A stretch of DNA of 51,340 nucleotides, counting the filler, from Basidioascus undulatus (taxonomy: Eukaryota): assembly GCA_000826855.1 (NCBI GenBank). It is 3 parts of 3 records of this genome, joined end to end, with 100 filler letters (N's around TTAATTAATTAA, not from the genome) between each part and the next. Parts side by side here need not be neighbours in the genome. Positions count along the whole stretch, not along the records: positions 1 to 17,070 come from JTLS01000550.1; positions 17,171 to 34,213 come from JTLS01000551.1; 1 more part is not named here. The stretch is one strand, 5' to 3'. The notes beneath the pieces are model-generated. The model had not been told where the DNA came from, did not search any database, and saw only the letters and a list, made by a program, of their open reading frames with translations. Positions 13,366 through 24,364 of the stretch are shown here, piece by piece (the stretch's first letter is position 1; every line of letters begins with the position of its first letter). The position numbers and the translations under genes are program-made.

Positions 13366-14658
13366 ATGTTTGGTCCCAAGATCTTCCTGGGCGCTGCCCT
13401 TGTTGCAGGTGAGTTGTCTTCATTTCCAGCGTCTCTGTACAATCCGAAGTTGAATAACAACGCGTCGCCACGATAGTCAGCACGCTCGCCCAAGGGCCCG
13501 GTGCCGGCGGAGGCCTCCTGCCCGAGCAAAATCCTGCAACTGCTGCGGCATCCCCGACGGCGGCAGCCGCTCCAGCAAGTGTAACGTCGTCGGCTATGGG
13601 CGCGGATGGAACGATGACGGTCTTTATCACTGTCTTTCAACCCGCCCAAGAAAGTGCGCCAGCAAACGCCCAGCAATCCGACACGCCTCAGTCGCAGCCC
13701 GCAGCGTCGGACGTCGCTGCGACTGCCAGCCCTGAAAGCGCCGCCCCCGCCCAGAGTGCACCGGCCCAAACCCCTGCAGTTGACAGCGCTGCTTGTGAGT
13801 AACACTACTCTGTCATTGAGTCTGCCGAGTCCATGTTGACGGAGCGACGGTCTGCAGCGGCGGCGCCAACGCCAGCCGCTGCGGCGGATAGTGCAGCTGC
13901 GAGCGCCGTGACCGTGAGTCTTGCCTGCTTGCTGGTTTGCCAGTAAGACACTGATGGGTTGTGTTCATATAGGGTGCTGACGGTGTCCCTACTGTCACGG
14001 CTCCCATCGTGACCTTGGACACGTCCCTGCCGGCGGTGAGCCTTCCCACTTTCACATTCAGCTTTAGCTCCGCCTGTTCACTGGGAAACCACGGGGGCTC
14101 ATGTGTTGTCGTCCGCTCCCACTGCCTAAATGCGTTCAGAGCGAGGCTGTTCCCGAACTGTCTTCCCCCGCCAGCGAGGCTCCCGCCTCGGCACCAGTCT
14201 CCGAGTCTCCACAGACGTTCCCTGCGTCGCAGCAGCCCACCGAGGCTCAGACGCCCCTTAACCCCGTGCCTGTGCCTCCCCCGGCCTTTGAGCTCCAGCC
14301 TTCCGCTTTTGCGTCCGCACCCGAATCGCTCACGCCATTCTCCCCTCCTCCCCCTCTCCCATCCTCTTTCGCACCGGCTTCCATTGAGGGCACACAGACG
14401 GCCGTGGTCTCCTCAATCTCTGGCTCCCTCGTCTCGGGCTCTTCTTCCCGGGCCGCAACCTCGAGTAGGGCCTCAACGTCGAGCAGGGCCTCGAGCTCGT
14501 CCGCGCGGTCCAGCTCGACCTCTCGCCCTTCCACCACCTCTCGCACCTCGGCCTCCGCTACTGCGACTCTGGACAGCGGTGCTGCCATCAACAGCTGGAG
14601 CGTTTTCAACGGGATCGCCGGCGGCGCGATCGCCTTCGGTCTGGCCGCCCTCCTGTGA
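13366..14658 (+). CDS. Putative GPI-anchored Ala/Ser/Pro-rich cell-wall protein
   Basis: Signal peptide MFGPKIFLGAALVA|VSTLA, a low-complexity A/S/P/T body and a GPI-type tail LDSGAAINSWSVFNGIAGGAIAFGLAALL*. Confidence 0.72.
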
Positions 14659-15392
14659 GAGAAACTCAAGAGCGAGGGGGAGCAAGAGAAGATCAAGGAG
14701 GAGGCGCATTGCTGGCTGTCCACATGCTTTCATTTGGCGACTCTGTTTTCATGTTTGTTGAATGCACACGACCTTCCACCTAGTATTCTGAGCGCACCAG
14801 CATATGTATTCTTTTTTCTCTCTGAATAACCCGAGCGATGATTTTCGGTATCAATCTCGAGCTGGGAGCAAGGACAGAGCGGAGGATGCACTGCACTGGC
14901 TGAGGGCGTCAGCCTGTCTGAACAATTTTCGCGACGCGGTGCTGTGACTAAAAAGGCCAGCCCAGCGTGAAAATAAAGTTGCAATTCAAGTGAGCGCTCT
15001 TTAGGGAATTGATATTGACAGAGTCCCGTAAACACCGTTTGTAACCACCCAGCTTGAGTCCGTCCATGTGGCGACGGCTTATTCTCCTTCGCTTCAGGTT
15101 AAAACTACCTAATCCGAGGTACTCTGTTCTTCGAAAAGACATGTACTAAGACGATGTTTAATCTGCATGCTTTGGTCTCGAGGTGAACTACGGGCTAGAC
15201 GGCCTGCGACCTTTACAACAAATGAGGAGGCAGCCGGGCACAAGACCGAGAAAGCTTTGACGTGAACTTTGAAAGACCGAGTTACTCATTATGCTTCTCT
15301 ATACTTGCGCAAAAATCCCGTTATCAGTACGGCATGTAATGGGGGGCTGGGTGTGCTAAATTGTAGTAAATACAACTGCTTACGTTCAAAAC

Positions 15393-15465
15393 GGCCGCTT
15401 AACTCAGTTGGTAGAGTGTTTGCTTAACACGCAAAATGTCGTAGGATCGAGCCCTGCAGTGGTCA
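15393..15465 (+). tRNA. tRNA-Val, anticodon AAC, intronless
   Basis: 73-nt cloverleaf: acceptor GGCCGCT/AGTGGTC+A73, D arm ACTC-AGTTGGTA-GAGT, anticodon arm TTTGC-TTAACAC-GCAAA, T arm GTAGG-ATCGAGC-CCTGC. Confidence 0.9.
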
Positions 15466-15474
15466 TTTCCTTTT
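15466..15474 (+). terminator. Probable RNA polymerase III terminator of the tRNA
   Basis: TTTCCTTTT lies immediately after the discriminator base. Confidence 0.5.
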
Positions 15475-16177
15475 GCACACCCTCCTATTCCTCACAGTGC
15501 ATCATGACTGTTTTCTATACCTATTGCGATCCTTACGTCTTCCGCTAATGGTATATCCAATGGTAAACCCTCCAGCTGTCTTCCGTCGCCGTCGCCATCG
15601 CCACAGCTTGCCAAGCTCCGCGTGTGATGAATCGGTTTTTAGGTGGGGAGTCAAGAAGGCGACATCAGAGCGGCAGTGTCTTTCAGTCCGTCGTTCCCGT
15701 GGCTGCATTGGCTCTGGCTTGTGACGGTTGCTCGCTGACAGTGCCGGAGACAGTCCGAAGAGTGTCGTCCGGGTGAACAAACCTTATTCATCAGGCTGTT
15801 CGCTATAAGGTTGTGTTGCAATCAGGTTGCGACACTACAAAGGTCCCGGCACCGCCCGGGGACGAGCCACGAACCGTTGCGAGGGACAGCCGGTACCAAT
15901 GGATGTCCCTGTTGATTCCATGGATCACTGAATTTTCCTGAAACTATCTGAGGTGATAAGAATAACCTTTCCGTCAGTAGGTCTGGAAAGACGCCGAACG
16001 GGCGACTGGGTGCCACTGCAGACTCAAGGCGGTCATTCCGTGGACAGGCGCGGGCGACACCTCCGAGTCGCGTCAGCGCTCGCTCGACCGCAGTGCCTTC
16101 TCGCTATTAACCAGCGCCCTTGCCTCGCATAGCCTTCTCCCTTTCTCTGCTACTCTCCCTTGACCGCCTGCTTCCCA

Positions 16178-17070
16178 ATGGCCGCCCCTCCCCCACCGCC
16201 GTCGCTTCCCTCCTCGCCCCCACCGCCCCCGCACCTCTCCCGCACGTCCTCGTTCGCCTCCCTTGCCTCAACCCCCACCACCTCCGCGCCCTCCCGCGCG
16301 CTCTCACCGACAGGTTTCCATCCTTCCTCGGGCGTGGGTGCAGGCGGAAGCAGCAGCGCCGCTGCAGACGTGGCGCGGAGGAAAAGGGCGAAGGATCTGT
16401 TGAGGGAGCATTATGGGCTCGGGTCGAGGAGGACGGGCGCTGGGCTTGGGGCGGTGGGCGAGGGCGAGGTTAAGGCGGGGGACATGGGCGCGTTCGTTTC
16501 GGACTGAAATGCAGTGGCAAGAAAATGCTAAAGTGGAGGGGAGCCAACAGACACACCCAATTTCGATTCGAAAGCTTACTACGAGGAGCTCGTGACGACC
16601 GCCAACCTGCCGGAGCTGCTGAAGCGAAGTAACGAGTTGGCTGCAGGTGCGTCCTCGAACCGTTACATTTCAATGTTGCATATACGGCGCTGAGGTGCGG
16701 CCGCTTGGCTCGCGAAACAGAGATCAAGGAGCTTGATGGGGAACGACAGTCGCTCGTGTACAACCACCACCACGAGCTCATAGCCGCGTCCGATACGATC
16801 CGAGATGTCCGTCTTCGCTCTCCTCCCTCGCCCATGCCCCTATTCTCTCGACCTTCCGCCACCCCAAATCTGACCCCTACTCTTCATCTCCGCAGATGAA
16901 GGTCCGCGCCGACAGTCTCGAGCCATCGCTGGACCACCTCCGCTCCTCCTTCAGCACCATCTCGCAGCTCTCCGCCTCGCACCTGTCCAGCACGCCTCCC
17001 CCACCCGCCTCCCCCACATCTCCCACATCCCGACGCCCCGACACCCTCAAGCTCCTGGGCAAGATCGCCG
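16178..17070 (+). CDS. VPS51: Vps51/Vps67 GARP complex subunit, 3'-truncated by the gap
   Basis: RAKDLLREHYGL...DTPNFDSKAYYEELV...LPELLKRSNELAAEIKELDGERQSLVYNHHHELIAASDTIRDMK is the typical Vps51 N-terminal domain. Confidence 0.88.
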
Positions 17071-17170
17071 NNNNNNNNNNNNNNNNNNNNNNNNNNNNNN
17101 NNNNNNNNNNNNNNTTAATTAATTAANNNNNNNNNNNNNNNNNNNNNNNNNNNNNNNNNNNNNNNNNNNN
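17071..17170. other. Artificial contig spacer (N44-TTAATTAATTAA-N44)
   Basis: 100-bp N block with a central palindromic linker carrying stop codons in all six frames; the genes on both sides are cut. Confidence 0.97.
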
Positions 17171-18049
17171 CGTTGAAAGGGACGCACAGGTCGAAGGAGT
17201 CTTTGTGCCAGTTGTGCGCGACGTACTCGAGGTCGGCCTTGATGACCGACCTAGGCGGCAGATGACCGCTGTAAAGCTCCCTCTTGACATAGTCATAACC
17301 GAACGTGGCATTTCTGTCCAGCAGGATCATGGCCAACCTATCCCCTCATCCCCTTATAAGCCTCCCCTACAGTGAGGGTCCACTCGACGCGACCCGCTCA
17401 CTCGGTAAGCGTCGCCGCTCTCAGCGCCGGGCCGTCCGCTTGTGGCCTCCCCCAGCTGGCGAGGAACGCGGAGCCATCGACCTGGAACTTGGGCTCGGCG
17501 AGACCCAGGCCGTTGGCGAACGTGCCTGACGGGTTCGGGGTGCGCTGGAGCGCGGCTTGCGAGGAGACGTAGGAGCGGAGGAGGGGCTCAAGCGCGAGGT
17601 CGCCCGCTGCGAAGCGCGATAGGATAGGCCGGTACGATAGGGCGGCGTCGCGTGTCCAGGTGTACTGGGATTGCATGGAAAGATTTTGGAAGAAGAAGAG
17701 TTAGATGAGGAAGAGTCGGAAGAGGGAGATGAGGACGCACAAAGTAGTCTGGCTGCGACGTGCTCGGACTGGCGATCAGCAGACCCTCCCTCGCCCCTGC
17801 CGCGGGCCCGATGTTCCGCAAGAGTCCCCTCCAAGCGACATCAGTCTGCTGAGCCAGCCAGAGATCGAGGGCGCCTGAGGAAGCACGAGATGGGTCGTGC
17901 CAGCGGCGGCTGCTGGCGCTGAAGTGGAGCAGGAGCGCGGCGAGGAGAATGCAGGAGAATACGAAAGCGCGGACTGGGCGAAGCGTGGGGCGTTTGGAAT
18001 CGGGCGCAACCGGATCGGTATTATGGGAAAGGAGAGCGTTATTCTTCAT
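17171..18049 (-). CDS. Glucoamylase (GH15), 3'-truncated by the gap
   Basis: LLRNIG...[22 protein letters not shown]...LGLAEPKFQVDGSAFLASWGRPQADGPALRA...IKADLEYVAHNWHKDSFDL are GH15 signature segments. Confidence 0.92.
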
Positions 18050-18637
18050 CCTTAAGGTCCGAAGCTGAGCTGTAGTAATGTTGCCTGTTGCACGAAAGAA
18101 AGAGGCGAAGGTCGTCCACGCCACTAGTGCGCTCCTAGAATTCGTGTCACGTGTAACACTATATTTTCCCTATGTACCTTGCTCTCCCGCACAATGGACG
18201 ATGGAGGTTGTATTCCCCGAAACTGGTTCCTGGATTCTTTGTGGGGGCGACGGGCACTGATGAGTTTCAACTCAGATAGATAGTTCATCTTGATTGTACA
18301 TGGCGTCATGATAAACATAACTCATCCGGTTCTGCTTCCTCGCACCCTTGGCACTACCGTTGGAGTGGACTTCGGAAACGGAAAAGCTGCTGGGACCGCG
18401 GATGTAGCTGTTGAGCTATCCGACCTCTTGTTCTGCGCCAGCTGTTTTCCGAGTGCCCTCGGCAAACAGAAGTGCCGTGTGCAAGCTCGATGCGATGCAG
18501 TCAATGCATTCAGAACAATGTGCCAGTAACTAGTTCCTCTCAGCTCATATCGTCGTTTGCTCTCTCGCAGTGCAGTCGTCAACAGTCTCGGTTGGTGGCG
18601 CCCCCCACGGATATTATTCCTCTCGGAAACATCATCA

Positions 18638-19255
18638 TCAGAGGCTTCCGCTCCTCGGAACAGCGTCGTGGCCCCACCGCGTCTGAAAGGAGCCCCGTCC
18701 GGCACACTGCAGATCAAGGTAGAGTCGGCGGGGGGTCTCGTATGCGGTGGGGAAGTGGCGGAAAGGAAAGAGGGGAAGACAGGGAAATGGAACACTCACC
18801 GGCTGGCCAACAACCTCCCGCACAACGGAAAGGATATACCGCTCGCCCTCCGCGTTCTGGGTCTCAATTCGCACAAGCCCAAGCGGCCCAACGCTCTCGA
18901 CCCACCCCGCCCCGCTCCCGCTGCCCGACTCCACCGAGCTCGCGCTCGAGACGTCCGAGCCGAGCACGTCCTCCTGCTGGGCCAGCCACCGCGCGTGCTC
19001 ATTCGCCTTGGTAGGCTTGCAATAGATGCGGAGGACCTCCGGCGCCGGGACGTCGTGCTCCTCCTCGAAGGATGAAGTAGAGGAGGTGGGGGAATAGGGA
19101 CAATAAGGCCCGGTGGGGGAGGTCGGGGAGAGCGGCGAGGCGGATGCGAGACGGGAGAGGTAGTACGAGGGCGCGGCCTTGCGCTTCGTCACGAGATAGA
19201 CAAACGGTGCATCGCTGCCAGAGGCGATGGCGGTGGTCGACGCGAAGGTGGACAT
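18638..19255 (-). CDS. Hypothetical Ser-rich protein
   Basis: ATG-initiated, codon-biased ORF with a plausible phase-0 intron (GTGAGT at ~18799 to CTGCAG at ~18708); no recognised family. Confidence 0.5.
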   Translation of the reverse strand: MSTFASTTAIASGSDAPFVYLVTKRKAAPSYYLSRLASASPLSPTSPTGPYCPYSPTSSTSSFEEEHDVPAPEVLRIYCKPTKANEHARWLAQQEDVLGSDVSSASSVESGSGSGAGWVESVGPLGLVRIETQNAEGERYILSVVREVVGQPVSVPFPCLPLFPFRHFPTAYETPRRLYLDLQCAGRGSFQTRWGHDAVPRSGSL

Positions 19256-20425
19256 TTTGGGGGTTGGTGGGTGCGACGGCGAAAGGTGTATGGTGGTGAG
19301 AGGAGGCGAGTGTGTGGCTGGGCGAAAGGGGGGCGGCCGTGCGTCGTGTAAATGATGGGTGGAGAGAGAAACAGAGCGGGGCAGGTCAGAGTCTTTTATC
19401 TGACGCGATGCCAGTGCTTGTGCGATTCAAGACGGGCTCAGATGAGCGGAAGCGGCAGTCTACCTACGTGTCCTGGTGCTTCGCGACGAATCCGGATCCG
19501 GGAACAGGTGGGTGAAGTGAGTGATGTCGAGCGAGACTAGTAATTTCGGAAGGGCGGAACGGTAACGGGCTAGGAAGATCCACCTCCACGCTCAGGCAGA
19601 TCAGAAAGGGACTGTTCTTCGCCCATCTCAGATCAACGGGGCCATATCACCTTAGCTTTTGGTCATCGTCAATGCGTGAAGGGCCTGCGATGCTGCCCAT
19701 GGATGCGGGTTCACTCAGAATAGAACAAAGTACAGCTAGGCGCAGTATCCTACGATGCATCTGGAAGAGTGAAAGAGGGAAGCGTCATTGAAGGCCGCAG
19801 GGTAAGGACGCCAAATCCGATCGATCGGAAAGCGACATGTTCTGTTTCTGCCGGTTTCGAGCAACACAGTGAGCTGGAAGCCACCGTGCCGCTTTCAACC
19901 TCTCGGATATTTTCGTTGTGAGAGTCAGCCCTGCTTCTAGCGAGCACAAAGAGAGCACATGAAATTATTTATGCACGCCAAAAAGGCGTGGGTGGGACGC
20001 AATATAGCCCATGCAGCCGATGTAGCAGTCAGATCTCGACAGTCCCGCTTGTCCAGCGGAAGCATGTGAAAGTGATCGCAGCGAGCAGGCAGGTCAGAGC
20101 AGAGAGCAGGGCAGCAGCGTCGCATAGATAATGACCGTGTCCTCCAATAAAATCTAAGCAAAGTGGGTATCAAAAAGATGAGCGGTACAAGGTTCAGCGA
20201 AAGAGGATATAAAAGCAGGCATCGGGAACTCGGCAATCACGCGAGATAGGCTCAGGAAGTGGGGGCGAGAAGGACGCGCGGAAGCGGATCTCTTTCCTTC
20301 GCTCGGCGAGAAGGTGAGATCACGCGTGTGTTCTACGAATGCAAAGAAGATGCAGAAGGAGCAGGGACAAGGAAGGATTTGATCCCGGGCTGGGCCTGGT
20401 TCTGCACGTCCCCATCCGCTGGATT

Positions 20426-21650
20426 TCACAACGTGCAGGAGCAAGGGATAGTAGCGGGGATTGGCGACCGCACCTGTACGCCCAAGGCATCGTACGGCTC
20501 CTCGCTGAGCCGCTTGCCCTGCTTGATACAGTCCACCACCCACTCGGGCCGGACGATGTGCCGCCGCGCCGAAGCGCACTCCAGCGCCGCGTGAGTCTTT
20601 GAGCCGGAGAGGCGCGTCGTGAGGGTGTGCGTGACGCGTGAGGAGGGGGTGTACCTGTCGGATGGGACGGACGGAGGCTTGTTAGCTAAAGTCTACGGTG
20701 GGGAAGTGCCCATGCAGCAGGCGAGAATGGGTGGGGGAATCAGGACGCACGAGACGGCCCCGCCGTGGAGGGAGATGAGGCGGAGGAGCTCAAGATTTGA
20801 GTGCTCCTCGCCGGCATAGCCGTTGATGTAGAACGTCACGCCGACAAAGAGGTTGCTCATCTGTCCCAGCGTCCAATCAGCTTCAACGTCTCTTGGTCCT
20901 CGCCCTCTCCGAGCAACGCCCCCAACCCTTGACTATCTCGCCCTCGCTGTCCCTAGACTCACAGCCGCCGGCCTCTGATCTTTCAACTTCGCATTCCGGC
21001 TCTTCCAATACTTCACCGCGTCCCGCTTCGCCCCGGCCGCGACCTGATGGCCCGTCGCGCAACTGGTGACATGGTCCCCGCGCGCGTACGCCGTGCTGTG
21101 CGTGATGGGGTTGGAGGCGCTCTTGAGGGAGCCGAGAAGCGCCCGGTTCTGCCGCGAGACGGAGGCGGAGTGCTGCGGTGCTGTGAGAGAGGAAGGCTGG
21201 GGTGCGGGGGGTGCCGGGGCGGGAAGGGAATGGTTCGAGGGAGTGGTACGTGTGGACAATCGGCAGGCAGAGGAGGAGGAGTTGGTAGAGGATGTAGTAG
21301 TTTGTGCGCTTTTGGCTGAAGAAGACGCGCGGGCAGCGTTGTTGGCTGCGATGAGGGGCCCGAGGATCCTGTTTACAGATCGAAGTCTTTTCAGTGTTTC
21401 GCGAGAATGGAAGCTCAACGGACGTGGACGTACTTGTCCTCCTTCGAGACCCGCTTCCCCTTATCCTCCTTAAATATCCTATGCGCGTCTGTTCGAGAGC
21501 TTCAGTGAGCGAAGCAAGCAAGACCAACAACAGACGCGACTCGGACTCGCATGGGTTGTGTCGCAGCGGATTCTGAGGCTTGGCCTTCTCCTTCCCCTTT
21601 CCCTTGGATGTGGTCGCAAGCGGTTTGGACGACTTGAGGTATGCGTCCAT
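20426..21650 (-). CDS. Stand-alone BRCT-domain protein resembling the Rev1 N-terminus
   Basis: TSCATGHQ...YWKSRNAKLKDQ...NLFVGVTFYINGYAGEEHSNLELLRLISLHGGAV...RVTHTLT...IVRPEWVVDCIKQGKRLSEEPY, with the BRCT Gly-Gly and W-x-x-D-C motifs. Confidence 0.82.
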
Positions 21651-22112
21651 CGCTGAATGTGAAGGAAGAACGGCTTGGGGATGGGCATGCGGTTGGAGGC
21701 CAAGGCAGAGAGGATCGGCAAGGACGCGACGCAGAGATTAGGTAATCATGTAGATCCTTGCTGCACATAATTCCAAACATGTGCTTGTGGATCTCAGACT
21801 ACTGATAGTCAAGAGTGACGAGTATTTTATTCAAACATTCTTTTGAACCCTCTACACAGCAGAAAAAAAAAACAGACGATCGTCTGCACACAACCACGCC
21901 CGACGCATTGAGTTGACAACTGACGTCGGTACGCCCACACCCGGGTCGCGTGTGATCCCATGCCCCTTCTTGCCCTTTCGCACCCACAACCACATAGAGT
22001 CACTGGTCATTGTTCGCCACCTTCTCCTGTTCGCTCCATACTCACGTTCTATCGTCAAATATTATCTCAATTTCCCTTGCCTAACCGATCTGCAATCTGC
22101 ACCAGATCACTC

Positions 22113-24061
22113 ATGACGAGGTTCGTCCTCCGCCTGAACCTTGACCTATCAGCCTCGCTCCTCCTCGACCTCATCTCACGCATAGACAAGCACCTCTCCC
22201 AGGCTTGACCCGCCGCCGCTGCTCGGTACAGATCCGCGCGCTGTTCTTCCTGCACACATATCAATCAGACACCTGTACATCGTTCACCCTGCTGCTGCGG
22301 TTGATCCTCTTCGAAAGCACGCGACTCACGTTCTTCTCTCGCGGGGGCTGACAGGCAGCTTCGAGACCTCGTACATTGCACAGCGGACAACAAGATCCTG
22401 TACGTTTACGACAAGGCGGTTCATCAGCACCGGCCGGATGTTGGCAATGAGGTGCGCCATTACTACACTGGGGTAGGACATGAAGGGTGCGGGTGGCTCA
22501 CGGGTCGGGATGGGGACGAAAAGAAGCCTTCGCGTCTCGCACCGCTGCGGTTCCCGCCAGTGACGATGACCACCGAGTGAGCCATTGTCCCCTGGAGCCC
22601 TTCTGAGAACCGTGACGTTGACTTGGGTGTCCTTAGCTACGGACTCGTCGCAGCTGGCGGGCAGTCTTCCGAACTCGCGTTACACAGTCTCGACGAACCT
22701 GAAGCGTCCGTACCATCCCAGCTCACTTGTTCTCCCTCAGATATTGACTCTGGGAAAATATAAATGCTTACAGAAAACCCTACTTCACCTCTTTGCATGC
22801 GTCCATCAATAACTCGCTGCACTTCTGTCGCGACCCACTGTCGTCCGTCGAGCCTAGGCTGCTCGTCTGCAATAACGACCAGTCTATACGAGTCCGTCCC
22901 TCATTTCGGGGGTTCTCAGTATTTTCGTTTACCTAATCTGAGCCAAACCTCGTTGTACAGGTCTTCCGCGTAGCACGACGAGCAAAAGGCGGGACTCCCG
23001 CGCTCGAGAACGTCGACGTCCTGCGCTTTCCTACAGCCATCAATCACGGTGCGCGCCCAAAGCTCACATCCCTGTACTCCAACTCATAGACTCGTGGATG
23101 ATTCTCAGCATCCGTCTCTCCCACATCCCGAATCCTCGTCGCAGCGGGCGACACGCCCGAAGTGCACCTCTTCGACTGCAGCCCGTCAGGCTCGTTCAGG
23201 CGAATACACACGCTATCAGTAGCGACCGACGCTGGTTTCTCTGTGAGTCTTTCTAGGTCTCTGGCCGGTCCGACGATTCTGGCTCATGTACTCTTTCGTG
23301 CTCAAGACTGCGTGGTCAGCGGACGGGATGAAGTTCGCTGTTGCCTCGCAAGGTTCGTCCATTGGAAGCTCATGTCTTTTCAATCCGCTGACCACGTCGG
23401 GCATGCTGCAGATGGGATGTGCGCAGTGTGGGACGTGCGCAGTAGCAAGCCGCTTGCGCAGTTTCACACTCTCGATGGACACATGGCTGCCCGCTGCGTC
23501 AAGTTCAGCCCGCCCGGATCCCATAAGGAACTGATGATCTTCACAGAGGTACGCCTCCATTTCACATCTTACCTCTCCACTCCTCTTCTACGCCTTTCCC
23601 TTGTCTGTTACTAATCCCGCAACTCTACGGCCTTCCAACCGCAGCATCGGAATCGAATCCACGTAGTGGACGCAACGACCTTCTCCCTCTCGACATGCCA
23701 AACCCTGCGCGTCCCCCTCGCCTCCTCCCGCACCCCTCCCTCCCTCCCCCCCCCGCGCTTCCCCTCGCCCTCGCTCTCCCAGCCGCCGCACTCGCACGGG
23801 TACTCGGACACCCCGCGCCCACCCCACCACGCGGACGTGCTGGCGCCACTCTTCCCGCACTCGGACAACGCTGCGCTACGCCAGCTCTTCACCGTCAGCT
23901 TCGCGGACGTCAACCGCCCGCCGCCGGGCGAGGCAAACATCTCGGGCGCGTGCTTCAGTCAGGATGGAAGTCGCGTGTATGCCGGAACGGAGGAGAACGT
24001 CGTCGAGTGGGAAGTACTTGGCGCGGCGCTGAGGATGATGGACGAGGGTCAGGTCGCGTAG
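22113..24061 (+). CDS. WD40-repeat protein, DUF2415 family
   Basis: QLRDLVHC...GLVAAGGQSSEL...AINH...LVAAGDTPEVHLFD...DAGFS-TAWSADGMKFAVASQDGMCAVWDVRS...AARCVKFS...MIFTEHRNRIHVVDATTF...ISGACFSQDGSRVYAGTE. The start position is approximate. Confidence 0.8.
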
Positions 24062-24364
24062 CGCGCGTAGGGATGTATTCCTGCATTATCGTTGTGTAGG
24101 AAGCAGGGCCACCTCTTGCTTTGGTTACTGACGACGCATTTGACGACACCTTTGTTGTATGATTACGCATTGTTTGAAGCAGACGCTTTTACGGTTCAAA
24201 CGGCTTCCACGCATCGAAGGCACTGTACGGATGTTCATCTCAACGAACACGACGGTCGGCACCAGATGGACTGTCTCCCGGAGATCTGAAACCAATGAAT
24301 CGATTACCAGCGTCTAAAGCCTCTAGAAAAACAGCCAAGAAACACAATTCTACGTCTCCCAACG

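Noticed and set aside
17115..17126. TTAATTAATTAA as a piggyBac TTAA target or biological palindrome
   Set aside because: It is centred in symmetric N runs and repeated identically at 34258-34269, so it is an assembly linker.
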